Positions 50,259 through 60,124 of a stretch of DNA of 64,000 bases are shown piece by piece. The notes under the pieces are model-generated. The model was not told the DNA's origin. It did not search any database and saw only the letters and a program-made list of their open reading frames with translations. The DNA is from Paracoccaceae bacterium (GTDB taxonomy: Bacteria > Pseudomonadota > Alphaproteobacteria > Rhodobacterales > Rhodobacteraceae): assembly GCA_041441915.1 (NCBI GenBank), contig JASDRS010000017.1, positions 63,016 through 127,015 on the forward strand, read 5' to 3'. The first letter of the stretch is position 1. Every line of letters begins with the position of its first letter. Position numbers and translations under genes: made by a program.

Positions 50259-51184
50259 GCGCGATCTATCCTAGAGTTGCTTTTATTGGACTTGGGCTTA
50301 TTGCGTCAAGTATGGCGCTTTCTATGCGGGCCGCGGGGCTTTGTAAAACGATAGTGGGTCATGCGCGGTCAAAAGAAACCCGTGAAGTGGCGCTGGAAAT
50401 GGGGCTTGTTGACGCCGTTTATGAAAGCGCTGCTCAAGCGGTAAAAGATGCTGATTTGGTGGTTTTGGCTCTGCCCGTGGGTGCTATGGGTGCGATTGCA
50501 GCAGAAATTGGTCCCTATCTTAAGGGGGGAGCGACGGTCACGGATGTGGGATCAGTGAAAGAGGCGGTTATATTGGCGGTTACGCCGTATTTGCCAAAAA
50601 ATGTGCATTTTATACCGGGCCACCCTATTGCGGGGACGGAATACTCGGGTCCACGCGCAGGCTTTGTTCAATTGTTCCAGGGCCGTTGGTGGCTTTTAAC
50701 ACCCCAAGTTGGGGTTGATCAGCAAGCACTTGGACGTCTGCGAAATCTGTGCGTCGCCATGGGCGCTAAAGTCGACATGATGGATGCAACTCACCATGAC
50801 TTGGTGCTGGCGGTAACCAGCCATACGCCGCATTTGATTGCCTATACGATGGTTGGAGTTGCTGATGATCTGGAGCGCGTAACTGACAGCGAGGTCATCC
50901 AATATTCTGCTGCGGGCTTTCGTGATTTTACCCGCATTGCCTCGAGTGATCCAACAATGTGGCGGGATGTTTTTTTAAACAATCAAGAGGCCACGCTTGA
51001 AATTCTAGGCCGTTTCACCGAAGAACTGTCTCGGTTACAAGAGGCTATTCGTAACGGCGATGGCGCGTATTTACATGCCTATTTCATCCGCACCCGGGCC
51101 ATTCGGAGCAACATCATCGAAGCGGGCCAAGACACATCAGCGCCGAACTTCGGCCGTGACACGAAAGACCCTAAGGTCCAATAG
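50255..51184 (+). CDS. tyrC: prephenate/arogenate (cyclohexadienyl) dehydrogenase
   Basis: 309 aa with an N-terminal Rossmann motif ([12 protein letters not shown]) and GHPIAGTE. It overlaps hisC by 4 nt, the usual alphaproteobacterial pairing. Confidence 0.85.
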   Translation: MSAIYPRVAFIGLGLIASSMALSMRAAGLCKTIVGHARSKETREVALEMGLVDAVYESAAQAVKDADLVVLALPVGAMGAIAAEIGPYLKGGATVTDVGSVKEAVILAVTPYLPKNVHFIPGHPIAGTEYSGPRAGFVQLFQGRWWLLTPQVGVDQQALGRLRNLCVAMGAKVDMMDATHHDLVLAVTSHTPHLIAYTMVGVADDLERVTDSEVIQYSAAGFRDFTRIASSDPTMWRDVFLNNQEATLEILGRFTEELSRLQEAIRNGDGAYLHAYFIRTRAIRSNIIEAGQDTSAPNFGRDTKDPKVQ

Positions 51185-51191
51185 GGGGGTG

Positions 51192-52172
51192 TTATGGAGA
51201 GATTTTCGCAAAAGTGGCTGGCAATTTTCCCAAGGGTACTGGCCCAAGGCTGACCCAATTATCTTTCACAAAAAGGGGTAGTTCTAAACGGTCTTTGCCC
51301 TGTGACAGGGCTTGACCCAGGTTTTTGATCCCTTGTCGTGCTTTAGGTGAAATCCAATTCTGCGCCACCGCAAAGTCAAAAAATACTTGCCAATTTTGCA
51401 AGGTGAGCATGATTCTTCCCTGTGCCAAACCGCGAGAATCAGCACTGACTTGTCCTGCAGCAGTTAGTTCGGCCATGTTCCAGATTAGAGAAAAATTGCT
51501 TAAATCGAAAGCGCGTGGCATTGGATTTTCGTGCCATATTTTGCCATCAATGGGGCGATCAAGTAGCATATCAAGCTGCAAAAATATTTGCGTGGGGCCG
51601 TCTGTAAACGCCAGTTTCAGATTTGTGGCACGCAGGCCTAATTGATAGCGGCGATCTGTGGCCCCGTCGGTGGGCAATGCGTCGCGCGCGCGCAGGCCCA
51701 TGTCGAAACTGGACGCCTGGCCTAAGGCGCCGCTGTCATTTCTAAACCGAAGGCCAGAGCCCATAAATATCAAACGTTCAAGGGCTAAATTTTTAGTGGG
51801 CGACATCACGATACTAGCTTGCGCCTTATCGGTTTCAATTTCCAAATTTTTGCCAAAAAGTACCAGATCTTGGCGTGGCGCAAAGGCGACAATTACATGC
51901 CAGGGGCTATAAGATAGAGATAAAAACTGGATAAAGTCAGAATGATAGTGGAAAGACTTGGCCGCGTTTTGCACCAAAGGCGCACTTACTGTCAGATCAA
52001 ACCTATTGGGAAAACCCTCAAGGTTTAGGTCTGAGTAATCAATAACTGCCCCATTGTTTCGTGCCTGTTCAATGAACGACAATATGGTGTGATGCGCGAT
52101 GCGGGAGGTAAAAAACCAATAGCCGCTCCACAATAGCGCAACCGCCGCTACAGCCCATGCCAAAATGCGCAT
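51192..52172 (-). CDS. DUF2125 domain-containing protein
   Basis: 326 aa with an N-terminal TM (ILAWAVAAVALLWSGYWFF) followed by ..GFPNRFDL.., as in DUF2125 proteins by my recollection. Confidence 0.65.
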   Translation of the reverse strand: MRILAWAVAAVALLWSGYWFFTSRIAHHTILSFIEQARNNGAVIDYSDLNLEGFPNRFDLTVSAPLVQNAAKSFHYHSDFIQFLSLSYSPWHVIVAFAPRQDLVLFGKNLEIETDKAQASIVMSPTKNLALERLIFMGSGLRFRNDSGALGQASSFDMGLRARDALPTDGATDRRYQLGLRATNLKLAFTDGPTQIFLQLDMLLDRPIDGKIWHENPMPRAFDLSNFSLIWNMAELTAAGQVSADSRGLAQGRIMLTLQNWQVFFDFAVAQNWISPKARQGIKNLGQALSQGKDRLELPLFVKDNWVSLGPVPLGKLPATFAKISP

Positions 52173-52233
52173 TACACCCTCTTTTCAATGACGTGGGTAC
52201 AGTTTAGGCTTTAACCTAAGAAAGGGCCAGAGT

Positions 52234-52812
52234 ATGGACGCAGCTCTGCAAAATTTTTGGGTTTTTGGTTATGGATCTTTGATTTGGAACCCTAATTTTC
52301 CTTTTAGCATTAGTGAAATTGCGCGGCTTCACGGATGGGCACGCAGCTTTTGTATGCGCTCCATTCACCATCGTGGGACCGTAGAAAATCCTGGTCTGGT
52401 GCTGGCCCTCGACGAGCAGGTAGAAGCGCATTGTGACGGCGTGGCGTTTTTGGTAAAACCTGATCATCACCAATCAACCCTTGCGCTTTTACGCGAACGC
52501 GAGCTCGTCGCGTCTGCGTATCTGGAGAAATGGCTGCCGATTACGCTGCAATCTGGGGCACAGGTGCAGGCATTATCCTATGTGATTGACCGCGATCATG
52601 CGCAATATTGCGGTGGCCTAAGTTTGGCTGAACAGGTAAAAATTTTGGCTAATGCCAAAGGCCAACGTGGACATAACCGCGATTATCTAGTGACAACGGC
52701 GCTGTATCTGCGCGATCTGGGAATTGAAGACCCAGACCTAACCTGGCTATGGAAAAAAGTTGATCCTGCATTTTTCGACAATAGGCTTGGAATTGGGGCC
52801 TCTGCGGTTTAG
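52234..52812 (+). CDS. ChaC-family gamma-glutamylcyclotransferase
   Basis: 192 aa with the N-terminal signature WVFGYGSLIWNP. Confidence 0.8.
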   Translation: MDAALQNFWVFGYGSLIWNPNFPFSISEIARLHGWARSFCMRSIHHRGTVENPGLVLALDEQVEAHCDGVAFLVKPDHHQSTLALLRERELVASAYLEKWLPITLQSGAQVQALSYVIDRDHAQYCGGLSLAEQVKILANAKGQRGHNRDYLVTTALYLRDLGIEDPDLTWLWKKVDPAFFDNRLGIGASAV

Positions 52813-52835
52813 GGTGTAAATAATATTTTAACCTA

Positions 52836-54032
52836 GTGAGCCTTATGCAAGCTAATCCCGATCAGCCCTTTTTTACCCAGCCAATACGCCAGATTTTGCT
52901 CATGCTGATTGTGACATTTTTGGTTGGTTTTGGAATGTGGTTCGCCTTTCCGGTCTTGGAAGGTGTGTTTCTTTCAAGCCCCTATTTGAACGGCTTGATT
53001 GTGGCGTTCTTTCTGGTGGGTTTGATAACCTGCGTTTGGCAGATGGTGCAGTTGATTCTTTCGGTCGTTTGGATCGAAGATTTTGTGCAGCGCCGACCAG
53101 GGCATGAATTCACCCAAGTGCCGTCTTTGTTGGCGCCATTAGCTGCCTTGCTAGGGGGGCGTGGGGCTCGGTTGCAAATCTCATCCACCTCGGCGCGCTC
53201 GATTTTAGATTCGGCGGCTACACGGCTGGATGAATCGCGTGATGTTACCCGCTATTTGGCGAATTTGCTTATTTTTTTGGGGCTTTTGGGTACATTCTTT
53301 GGACTTGCTACCACGGTTCCTGCCGTAGTTGATACTATCCGCGCTTTGGCCCCAAAAGATGGGCAAACTGGTCTGGAGATGTTTTCAGGCCTAATGAAAG
53401 GGCTAGAGAACCAATTAGGTGGTATGGGCACGGCCTTTTCCTCGTCGCTTTTGGGCTTGGCTGGATCTTTGGTGATTGGGCTTTTGGATTTGTTTGCTGG
53501 CCATGGACAAAATCGCTTTTACCGCGAATTAGAAGAATGGCTTTCGTCTTTCACAAGCCTGAGTTTTGGTGGTGGTGACGCAGAGCATGGGCCATCTGAC
53601 GCGGTTTTGATGGCTGTTTACCAAAAAATAACTGATCAAAATAAAGCTATTGCAGCATTAGTCACGGATTTTCAGCACCGGCTTGAGCGCGATTCAGACC
53701 GCTTTGTGGGCTCGGCGGAAACTACGCGCCAACAGTCGGCTATTTTGGGTGAAATTGCGAGCAGCCAAGAAAAAATCTATGTGCATTTGGTCAAGAGCTA
53801 TGCGGTGCGCCCTGCGCTGCCTGACGGCTCGAGCGGTGACGGACACGCAGAGGCTGCACCAACTGATGCAGAAAGCCAAGTACGTTTGCGGTCTATTGAT
53901 GAGCAATTGCTGCGTATTTTGGAAGAAATGGCGGCAGGGCGCGAAGAAAGTCTAGCCGCTATGCGCGGCGATATTGCGAAACTGACCCAAGCGGTCGAAG
54001 AACTCAATCCCACTTCGCGTAAGAAAGACTAG
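52836..54032 (+). CDS. MotA/TolQ/ExbB-type proton-channel family protein with a ~170-aa helical C-terminal tail
   Basis: It has two N-terminal TM helices, then a channel-type helix pair (YLANLLIFLGLLGTFFGLATTV and AFSSSLLGLAGSLVIGLLDLF), then a charged helical tail. The start is GTG 52836 or ATG 52845. Confidence 0.7.
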   Translation: MSLMQANPDQPFFTQPIRQILLMLIVTFLVGFGMWFAFPVLEGVFLSSPYLNGLIVAFFLVGLITCVWQMVQLILSVVWIEDFVQRRPGHEFTQVPSLLAPLAALLGGRGARLQISSTSARSILDSAATRLDESRDVTRYLANLLIFLGLLGTFFGLATTVPAVVDTIRALAPKDGQTGLEMFSGLMKGLENQLGGMGTAFSSSLLGLAGSLVIGLLDLFAGHGQNRFYRELEEWLSSFTSLSFGGGDAEHGPSDAVLMAVYQKITDQNKAIAALVTDFQHRLERDSDRFVGSAETTRQQSAILGEIASSQEKIYVHLVKSYAVRPALPDGSSGDGHAEAAPTDAESQVRLRSIDEQLLRILEEMAAGREESLAAMRGDIAKLTQAVEELNPTSRKKD

Positions 54033-54034
54033 CT

Positions 54035-55654
54035 ATGGCTTTGTCTGGACGTGGCAACAGGAGATCGGCCGCAGACACTATCTGGCCCGGTTTTGTTGAT
54101 GCCATGACCACGATGCTGCTGGTGGTGATGTTTTTGCTGACCATCTTTATCGTCGTTCAAGCTGTGCTACGTGATAAAATCACAACCCAAGTTTCCGAAC
54201 TGAGCCAATTGACCCAACAGATTTCTAGTTTAGCCGATGCCTTGGGGATGGAACGGGTGCGTGTCTCTAATTTAGAGGGCAAAGTTAGCCAATTGACCGG
54301 TGATTTGAAGGTGGCCAGGGCTGACGGTGCAGACAAGTCGGTTATGATTGCTTCGCTTACTGCCACGCTTTCTGCGAGTGAGAATGATCTGACCCAAGCA
54401 CGGACGCGCATTACGTCATTTGAAGAACAAGTGGCCTCACTTTTGGCGCTGCGATCTCAAGACAGTGGCGTCATTACTGCGCTGGAGGCCGGCATGGCCG
54501 AACTTGATGCGGCGAAAGCTCGTGAATTCTCGCGCGCAGAGGCGCTGCAACTGGCTTTAGCCCAGACCCGTGACGAGATCAAACTAAAGGTAGAGGAGGC
54601 ACGTCTTGCCGCCGCCCGCCGCCAAGCGCTTGATCTCTTGATTGCGGATTTGAACAAAAAAAATGTTGATCTGACCCAAAACTATTATGAAGTTAGCGCC
54701 ATTTTGACCGAAGAGCAGTCGGCCAGAATTGCAGATCAGGCCGCTTTGCAAGCTTTGCAAGATAAGCTCAAAAATTCTGATGCTGAACTGACCGCCCTAA
54801 CTCTTAATCTTGAAGAACAGCGCAAACGGGCGGAAGAAACACTCACCCTTTTGGCCGCAGCCCAATCTAAAATTGCTCAGGACATAGAAAAAAACTTGCC
54901 CAATCTGTTGGCTGTGGCTGAACAGGCCTTGGCACAAGAACAAACCAAATCCTTCGTAGTTGAACGGCGAGTTGCTTTGCTGAACCAGCAGGTGGCCAGC
55001 TTGCGCGCGCAGATGGCCTCATTGCAAAATCTTTTGGATGCTGCCGTTGTGAAAGATGAACAGGCTGGCGTTCAGCTTGATGAATTGGGCAGCAAACTAA
55101 ATTCTGCGCTGGCGCAAGTCGCTGCCGAACAAAAGCGGCGCGCTGACCTTGAAACTGCTGAACGTGAGAGACTAGAGGCTGAGACAAAAGACCTGGCGAA
55201 ATACCGTTCGGAATTCTTTGGTCAATTAAGACAATTGCTTGGTGGCCGCGAAGGGGTACGTGTGGTCGGAGATCGTTTTGTCTTTTCGTCGGAAGTGTTA
55301 TTTGAGCAGGGTGCGGCCAATCTTGCCTACGAAGGTAAAAACCAAATTGCGGGTGTCGCAGCAATTTTGAATGATATATCGGACCAAATTCCACCAGATC
55401 TTGACTGGATAATTAGGGTAGATGGCCATACTGACAATGTCCCCCTGTCGGCTCGTAACCTTTTTAAAGATAATTGGGAATTGAGCCAAGCTCGTGCGCT
55501 GTCGGTGGTGCGCTATATGCAAATTGATCTTGGATTCGCGCCTGAACGTATGGCTGCCGCCGGTTTTGGCGAATATCGTCCAGTGGCGCTTGGCGACAGC
55601 GAACAGGCCCGCGCGCAAAATCGGCGGATCGAGTTAAAACTTACAGAACGATAG
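54035..55654 (+). CDS. MotB-like protein: conserved-Asp TM + ~340-aa coiled coil + OmpA-like peptidoglycan-binding domain
   Basis: The N-terminus WPGFVDAMTTMLLVVMF resembles the MotB ADFMT motif. A long Ala/Leu/Gln/Glu-rich heptad-like stretch follows. The C-terminus carries DGHTDNVPL..NWELSQARA..NRRIELKL. The start lies 2 nt after the upstream stop. Confidence 0.75.
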   Translation: MALSGRGNRRSAADTIWPGFVDAMTTMLLVVMFLLTIFIVVQAVLRDKITTQVSELSQLTQQISSLADALGMERVRVSNLEGKVSQLTGDLKVARADGADKSVMIASLTATLSASENDLTQARTRITSFEEQVASLLALRSQDSGVITALEAGMAELDAAKAREFSRAEALQLALAQTRDEIKLKVEEARLAAARRQALDLLIADLNKKNVDLTQNYYEVSAILTEEQSARIADQAALQALQDKLKNSDAELTALTLNLEEQRKRAEETLTLLAAAQSKIAQDIEKNLPNLLAVAEQALAQEQTKSFVVERRVALLNQQVASLRAQMASLQNLLDAAVVKDEQAGVQLDELGSKLNSALAQVAAEQKRRADLETAERERLEAETKDLAKYRSEFFGQLRQLLGGREGVRVVGDRFVFSSEVLFEQGAANLAYEGKNQIAGVAAILNDISDQIPPDLDWIIRVDGHTDNVPLSARNLFKDNWELSQARALSVVRYMQIDLGFAPERMAAAGFGEYRPVALGDSEQARAQNRRIELKLTER

Positions 55655-55664
55655 TGCCTAAAGT

Positions 55665-55690
55665 GTAAAGTCCCCTTTCGGGGGCTTTAC
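55665..55690. terminator. bidirectional terminator hairpin between the motB-like gene and clpA
   Basis: GTAAAGTCCCC-TTTC-GGGGGCTTTAC forms a perfect 11-bp stem. Confidence 0.65.
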
Positions 55691-55693
55691 TAT

Positions 55694-58012
55694 TCAACTT
55701 GCGGTCAGCAAAGTAGGCTTAACGCCCGTGATGCGTGGCTTTTCTGGTTCTTCGATAACCAGATCAAGGGCGCCATCTTTCACCAAGATGCGTACAATGC
55801 CACCCTTAACCAATTTACCAAACAAAAGTTCTTCGGCCAGTGGTTTTTTGATGTGCTCTTGTATCACGCGCCCCAGTGGGCGTGCCCCCATCTTGTCATC
55901 ATACCCCTTTTCAGCTAGCCAGGAGGCCGCCTCTTCTGAAAGTTCTACATGTACATTGCGGTCAAAAAGTTGGGCTTCCAGTTGCAGAATAAACTTTTGT
56001 ACAACTTCCAAAATGACCTTTTTCCCCAATGTCTCGAAAGAAATTACTGCGTCCAAACGGTTGCGGAACTCGGGCGTGAAGGTGCGCTCGATCGCGGCCG
56101 TGTCTTCTCCAGTGCGGCGATCGCGGTTAAAGCCGATCGCCGATTTTGACATTTCGGATGCGCCAGCGTTTGAGGTCATGATCAAAATTACATTACGAAA
56201 ATCAACGGAGCGGCCATTGTGGTCGGTCAGTTTTCCGTGATCCATCACTTGCAGCAAAATATTGTAAACGTCGGGATGGGCTTTTTCCATTTCATCGAGT
56301 AGCAGCACGCAGTGCGGATGCTGATCAACCCCATCCGTCAACATGCCACCTTGGTCAAAGCCCACGTAGCCAGGGGGCGCTCCTATCAGGCGGGAAACCG
56401 CGTGTTTCTCCATATATTCTGACATATCGAACCGCAAAATCTCGATCCCTAAGATCGAGGCAAGCTGTTTTGCCACTTCTGTTTTTCCCACACCTGTGGG
56501 GCCTGCAAATAAATAATTCCCAATGGGCTTTTCAGGTTCGCGCAAACCAGCACGGGCAAGCTTGATGGCCGATGAGAGCGCGACAATCGCCTTATCTTGA
56601 CCAAAGACCACACGCTTAAGTGTTTTTTCCAAATCGCGCAGTACTTCGGCATCGTCTTTAGATACGCTTTTTGCAGGAATGCGGGCAATTTTAGCGACCA
56701 CGGCTTCGATCTCTTTGGTGCTGATTGTTTTACGGCGTTTGGATTCAGCAGCCAATTGCTGTGCGGCGCCGGCTTCATCGATCACGTCAATTGCGCTGTC
56801 GGGCAATTTGCGATCATTTATGTAGCGCGAAGCCAGTTCGACCGCAGATTTAATCGCGTCAGCCGTATAGCGCAAATCGTGATGTTTTTCGAAATGGGGT
56901 TTGAGCCCCATTAGAATTTTGATCGAATCTAGGATCGAGGGTTCGTTCACATCAATTTTTTGAAAACGACGCGCAAGGGCGCGGTCTTTCTCAAAATGTT
57001 GGCGGAATTCTTTATAGGTTGTCGACCCCATGCAGCGCAATTTACCGCCCGAAAGGGCTGGCTTTAACAGGTTGGACGCATCCATCGCTCCGCCCGAAGT
57101 TGCCCCCGCACCGATTACGGTGTGAATTTCGTCGATGAACAGGACCGCATCAGAGTGATCTTCTATTTCTTTGACCACGGCTTTCAGGCGTTCTTCAAAA
57201 TCGCCACGGTACCGCGTGCCCGCAAGCAGTGAACCCATATCCAAAGAATAGATCGTCGCATGTTCCAAAATTTCTGGGGTTTGGCCGTGGATGATTTTCC
57301 ATGCCAAGCCTTCGGCGATCGCAGTTTTTCCTACGCCTGGATCACCCACCAAAAGAGGGTTGTTCTTGCGACGGCGGCACAGCACTTGGATGCAGCGCTC
57401 AACTTCGGCCTCGCGGCCAATGAGTGGGTCAACATCGCCCCTTTCGGCTTTGACATTCAGGTCAATGCAATATTTTGACAGGGCAGATTCTTTTTCTTCT
57501 CCAGCTTCGGCTTTGGATGTTTCAAGATGTTCGTCCGCACCATTCACCGCGCGTGCTTCACCGTATGTTGGGTCTTTAGCCACGCCATGAGCAATGAAAT
57601 TGACCGCGTCATAACGAGTCATATCTTGCTCCTGAAGAAAATAGGCGGCGTTGCTTTCACGTTCAGCAAAAATTGCGACCAGTACATTCGCGCCCGTCAC
57701 ATCGATACGCCCAGACGATTGCACGTGAATCGCGGCACGTTGAATGACGCGTTGAAAAGCAGCCGTAGGTACGGATTCTGACCTTTCGACATCGGTCACA
57801 AGTGTAGAGAGATCACCATCAATAAAGGCCGTCAGTGTACTGCGTAAGGTTGCTAGATTGACAGCGCAGGCCTGCAGCACACGCGCCGCTTCGGGTTCGT
57901 CGGTCAAGGCTAAAAGTAAATGCTCCAAAGTTGCAAGTTCATGCTTGCGGTCATTGGCGAGTGACAATGCACTATGGATTGCTTGTTCTAACGTAGTCGA
58001 AAATGAAGGCAC
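55694..58012 (-). CDS. clpA: ATP-dependent Clp protease ATP-binding subunit ClpA
   Basis: It has two AAA+ modules (GDPGVGKT, GPTGVGKT). The start is reassigned to GTG at 58012 (VPSFSTTLEQA), which has an AGGAG RBS 6 nt upstream. The ORF-track ATG at 58054 lacks an RBS. Confidence 0.92.
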   Translation of the reverse strand: MPSFSTTLEQAIHSALSLANDRKHELATLEHLLLALTDEPEAARVLQACAVNLATLRSTLTAFIDGDLSTLVTDVERSESVPTAAFQRVIQRAAIHVQSSGRIDVTGANVLVAIFAERESNAAYFLQEQDMTRYDAVNFIAHGVAKDPTYGEARAVNGADEHLETSKAEAGEEKESALSKYCIDLNVKAERGDVDPLIGREAEVERCIQVLCRRRKNNPLLVGDPGVGKTAIAEGLAWKIIHGQTPEILEHATIYSLDMGSLLAGTRYRGDFEERLKAVVKEIEDHSDAVLFIDEIHTVIGAGATSGGAMDASNLLKPALSGGKLRCMGSTTYKEFRQHFEKDRALARRFQKIDVNEPSILDSIKILMGLKPHFEKHHDLRYTADAIKSAVELASRYINDRKLPDSAIDVIDEAGAAQQLAAESKRRKTISTKEIEAVVAKIARIPAKSVSKDDAEVLRDLEKTLKRVVFGQDKAIVALSSAIKLARAGLREPEKPIGNYLFAGPTGVGKTEVAKQLASILGIEILRFDMSEYMEKHAVSRLIGAPPGYVGFDQGGMLTDGVDQHPHCVLLLDEMEKAHPDVYNILLQVMDHGKLTDHNGRSVDFRNVILIMTSNAGASEMSKSAIGFNRDRRTGEDTAAIERTFTPEFRNRLDAVISFETLGKKVILEVVQKFILQLEAQLFDRNVHVELSEEAASWLAEKGYDDKMGARPLGRVIQEHIKKPLAEELLFGKLVKGGIVRILVKDGALDLVIEEPEKPRITGVKPTLLTAS

Positions 58013-58179
58013 TTTGAGGCTCCTGTTCTGATCGGCTCTTTGGTCTTTGGGCATAACCTTAAAAGCAAATTTGGCTATTAATGGTCAGCTTTCGTTCATT
58101 TTTTTTTGCTTGTTCAAGGCTTATTTTGAATTTAGTGCAAAATTAATCTTAGAAAAGCGCCTTTACCGTTAGTTTCATA

Positions 58180-58959
58180 TTAAAATTTGTTACGCATGTC
58201 ACGAAGCACCGCAAAAACAGCCCCGTCGGTCTGGTTTTCGAGACCTAATGCGGCTTTCATAGTAGGTTCAACGGCGCGCAAGAATGGATTTGTTAGGCGT
58301 TCATTGGCTAAAGTTGTGTGTAGGGCTTTAAAGTCGGGCGCACCCGCGGTTCGATGGGCTGTGGCTCGCAAGGCACTATGGGGGTTGTTGGGTTCAACAC
58401 TTAAGGCAAAGTGTTCGTTAACGGCCATATAATCATGACCCGAAAGAATGCGCGTTTCATTTGGCAGGGCCGTCAGGCGGGACAATGACCCCCACATTTG
58501 GTCAAAGCTGCCTTCAAACAAGCGACCACACCCCATCGCCATCAGACTGTCGCCCGTAAAGGCCAAGCCGCTTTTGGGAAGATAAAAGGCAATATGGCCG
58601 ACAGTGTGGCCTGACACGTCCATTACACGACAAGCTTCGCCGCATAGTGTGAAGCTTTCGTCATTGGCCAAAGCTAGATCCAACGAAGGCAGACGGTGCG
58701 CATCTGCCTTCGCGCCTACCATGCGGGGAAGGGTTTTGCTGGCATATGCGGCCAAAAGCTCGGGCACGGCATCAATATGGTCAGAGTGATGGTGGGTTAA
58801 AAGTATATCGCTTAATTGCCAACCTTGCGTCGACAAAGCTCTTAGAATAGGCGCCGCTTCGGGTGCATCGATCAGAGCGGTTTCGCCGTTGACTTCATTA
58901 TGCAAGAGATAAGCGAAATTATCCTTTAGACAGGGAACAATCAAAAGTTTCAGCGACAT
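58180..58959 (-). CDS. gloB: hydroxyacylglutathione hydrolase (glyoxalase II)
   Basis: It has the metallo-beta-lactamase motif THHHSDH and the N-terminus MSLKLLIVPCLKDNFAYLL. The start is moved to 58959. Confidence 0.9.
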   Translation of the reverse strand: MSLKLLIVPCLKDNFAYLLHNEVNGETALIDAPEAAPILRALSTQGWQLSDILLTHHHSDHIDAVPELLAAYASKTLPRMVGAKADAHRLPSLDLALANDESFTLCGEACRVMDVSGHTVGHIAFYLPKSGLAFTGDSLMAMGCGRLFEGSFDQMWGSLSRLTALPNETRILSGHDYMAVNEHFALSVEPNNPHSALRATAHRTAGAPDFKALHTTLANERLTNPFLRAVEPTMKAALGLENQTDGAVFAVLRDMRNKF

Positions 58960-59053
58960 GGGAGGCCTTTTCATTGTTTGGGTTGCATCTGAAGCGATGA
59001 GCGACCACTCTATAGTATGAGTTTTACTTTGCCGCAAAATTACTAAGGCCGCA

Positions 59054-59821
59054 ATGCATCTTGATGTTTTAGATCTGAGAAATTTTTACTATCGCACCAA
59101 ATTGGGGCGCGTTGCGCAGCGCGCAGTGCGCGATGGTTTAACGGGGCTTTGGCCGGCTGCGATGTTGCAGGGGCAAACCGTAGTGGGATTTGGCTTTGCT
59201 GTACCTTTGCTACGGCCCTATTTGCTCCAAGCGCGCCGTGTGATAGGCCTGATGCCGGGGCCACAAGGCGTTATGCCTTGGCCAGCGGGTGAGCCAAATG
59301 TTTCAGTGCTGTGCGATGAGCGCAACTGGCCCCTGTCAACGGGTATGGTGGATCGTTTGGTGCTGATGCATGGACTTGAAACATCAGACACGCCTTCGGC
59401 TATTTTAGAAGAATGCTACCGTGTTTTAGGCCCTGGAGGGCGAGTGATATTCATTGTGCCCAACCGTTCGGGCATTTGGTCGCGCGGCGACACCACTCCA
59501 TTTGGCTTTGGCCGACCCTATTCGGTGGCGCAAATTGATAGCCTGTTACGCGATCATGGTTTTACGCCCGAACGCCATGTGGCAGCATTGTTTTCACCGC
59601 CCTCTAAAAAGCGGTTTTGGCTTAGGCTGTCGGGCGCCTTAGAAATGACTGCGCGCCGCTTTGCCCCATGGTTTGCTGGCGGTGTTTGGATGATAGAGGC
59701 CTCGAAACAGGTTTACGCGCCCAAAAGTGGCGGCTTGGGAGAAAAGATGCGCCGGCCTTTACGTATTTTAGAAGGCGTGGGGGCAAAATCGCCTGTTCCA
59801 GCACTTAAATCCCAAGACTAA
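59054..59821 (+). CDS. class I SAM-dependent methyltransferase
   Basis: 255 aa with a methyltransferase-like core ([24 protein letters not shown]). It is divergent from gloB, as is common in alphaproteobacteria. Confidence 0.7.
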   Translation: MHLDVLDLRNFYYRTKLGRVAQRAVRDGLTGLWPAAMLQGQTVVGFGFAVPLLRPYLLQARRVIGLMPGPQGVMPWPAGEPNVSVLCDERNWPLSTGMVDRLVLMHGLETSDTPSAILEECYRVLGPGGRVIFIVPNRSGIWSRGDTTPFGFGRPYSVAQIDSLLRDHGFTPERHVAALFSPPSKKRFWLRLSGALEMTARRFAPWFAGGVWMIEASKQVYAPKSGGLGEKMRRPLRILEGVGAKSPVPALKSQD

Positions 59822-60124
59822 GCCCCTCGGCCGCAGGGCTTAGCCAAGTTGTTCCTACAGCGAGTTGCGGCCATGCCAGCGCACTCAGGTATGAATGGGT
59901 TTCATTAGGCGGGTCAAAAAGTCGCAGTTTGAGCCGCTATGGGTACAATAAGTTAAAAAATCTATAGATTGCCCTTTGATTTTTTGATATGGCCATCTTC
60001 AAGGTTGCGAGGTAAGAAAGGCTCTGCTACATCCCGCGCGGGGCTAAGTCGTGTGCGCGGCGTATGCGAACCTAAATGGTCTTGTAGAATCTGCGTTACA
60101 AGCCAAGCCATCGAAAGGGTTGAC

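Noticed and set aside
52836-55654. Calling the MotA/MotB-like pair a Zorya anti-phage system
   Set aside because: No ZorC/D, ZorE or ZorF/G-like effector genes flank it. The A-subunit tail is about 170 aa rather than the several hundred residues of ZorA. The neighbourhood is housekeeping rather than a defence island. It is kept as an uncharacterised stator-like pair instead.
54867-56240. 175-aa minus-strand ORF (54867..55394) and 170-aa plus-strand ORF (55728..56240)
   Set aside because: They lie antisense to the motB-like gene and to clpA respectively. They are Arg/Ser/Pro-rich shadow frames. The same reasoning applies to 39287..39802 in dnaE, 31083..31640 in the ABC ATPase, 63284..63721 in atpD and 62126..62666 across atpA/atpG.
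59959-59970. Perfect 12-bp palindrome AATCTATAGATT upstream of atpH
   Set aside because: Palindromes of this length are expected by chance about a dozen times in 64 kb. Nothing else supports a regulatory role.
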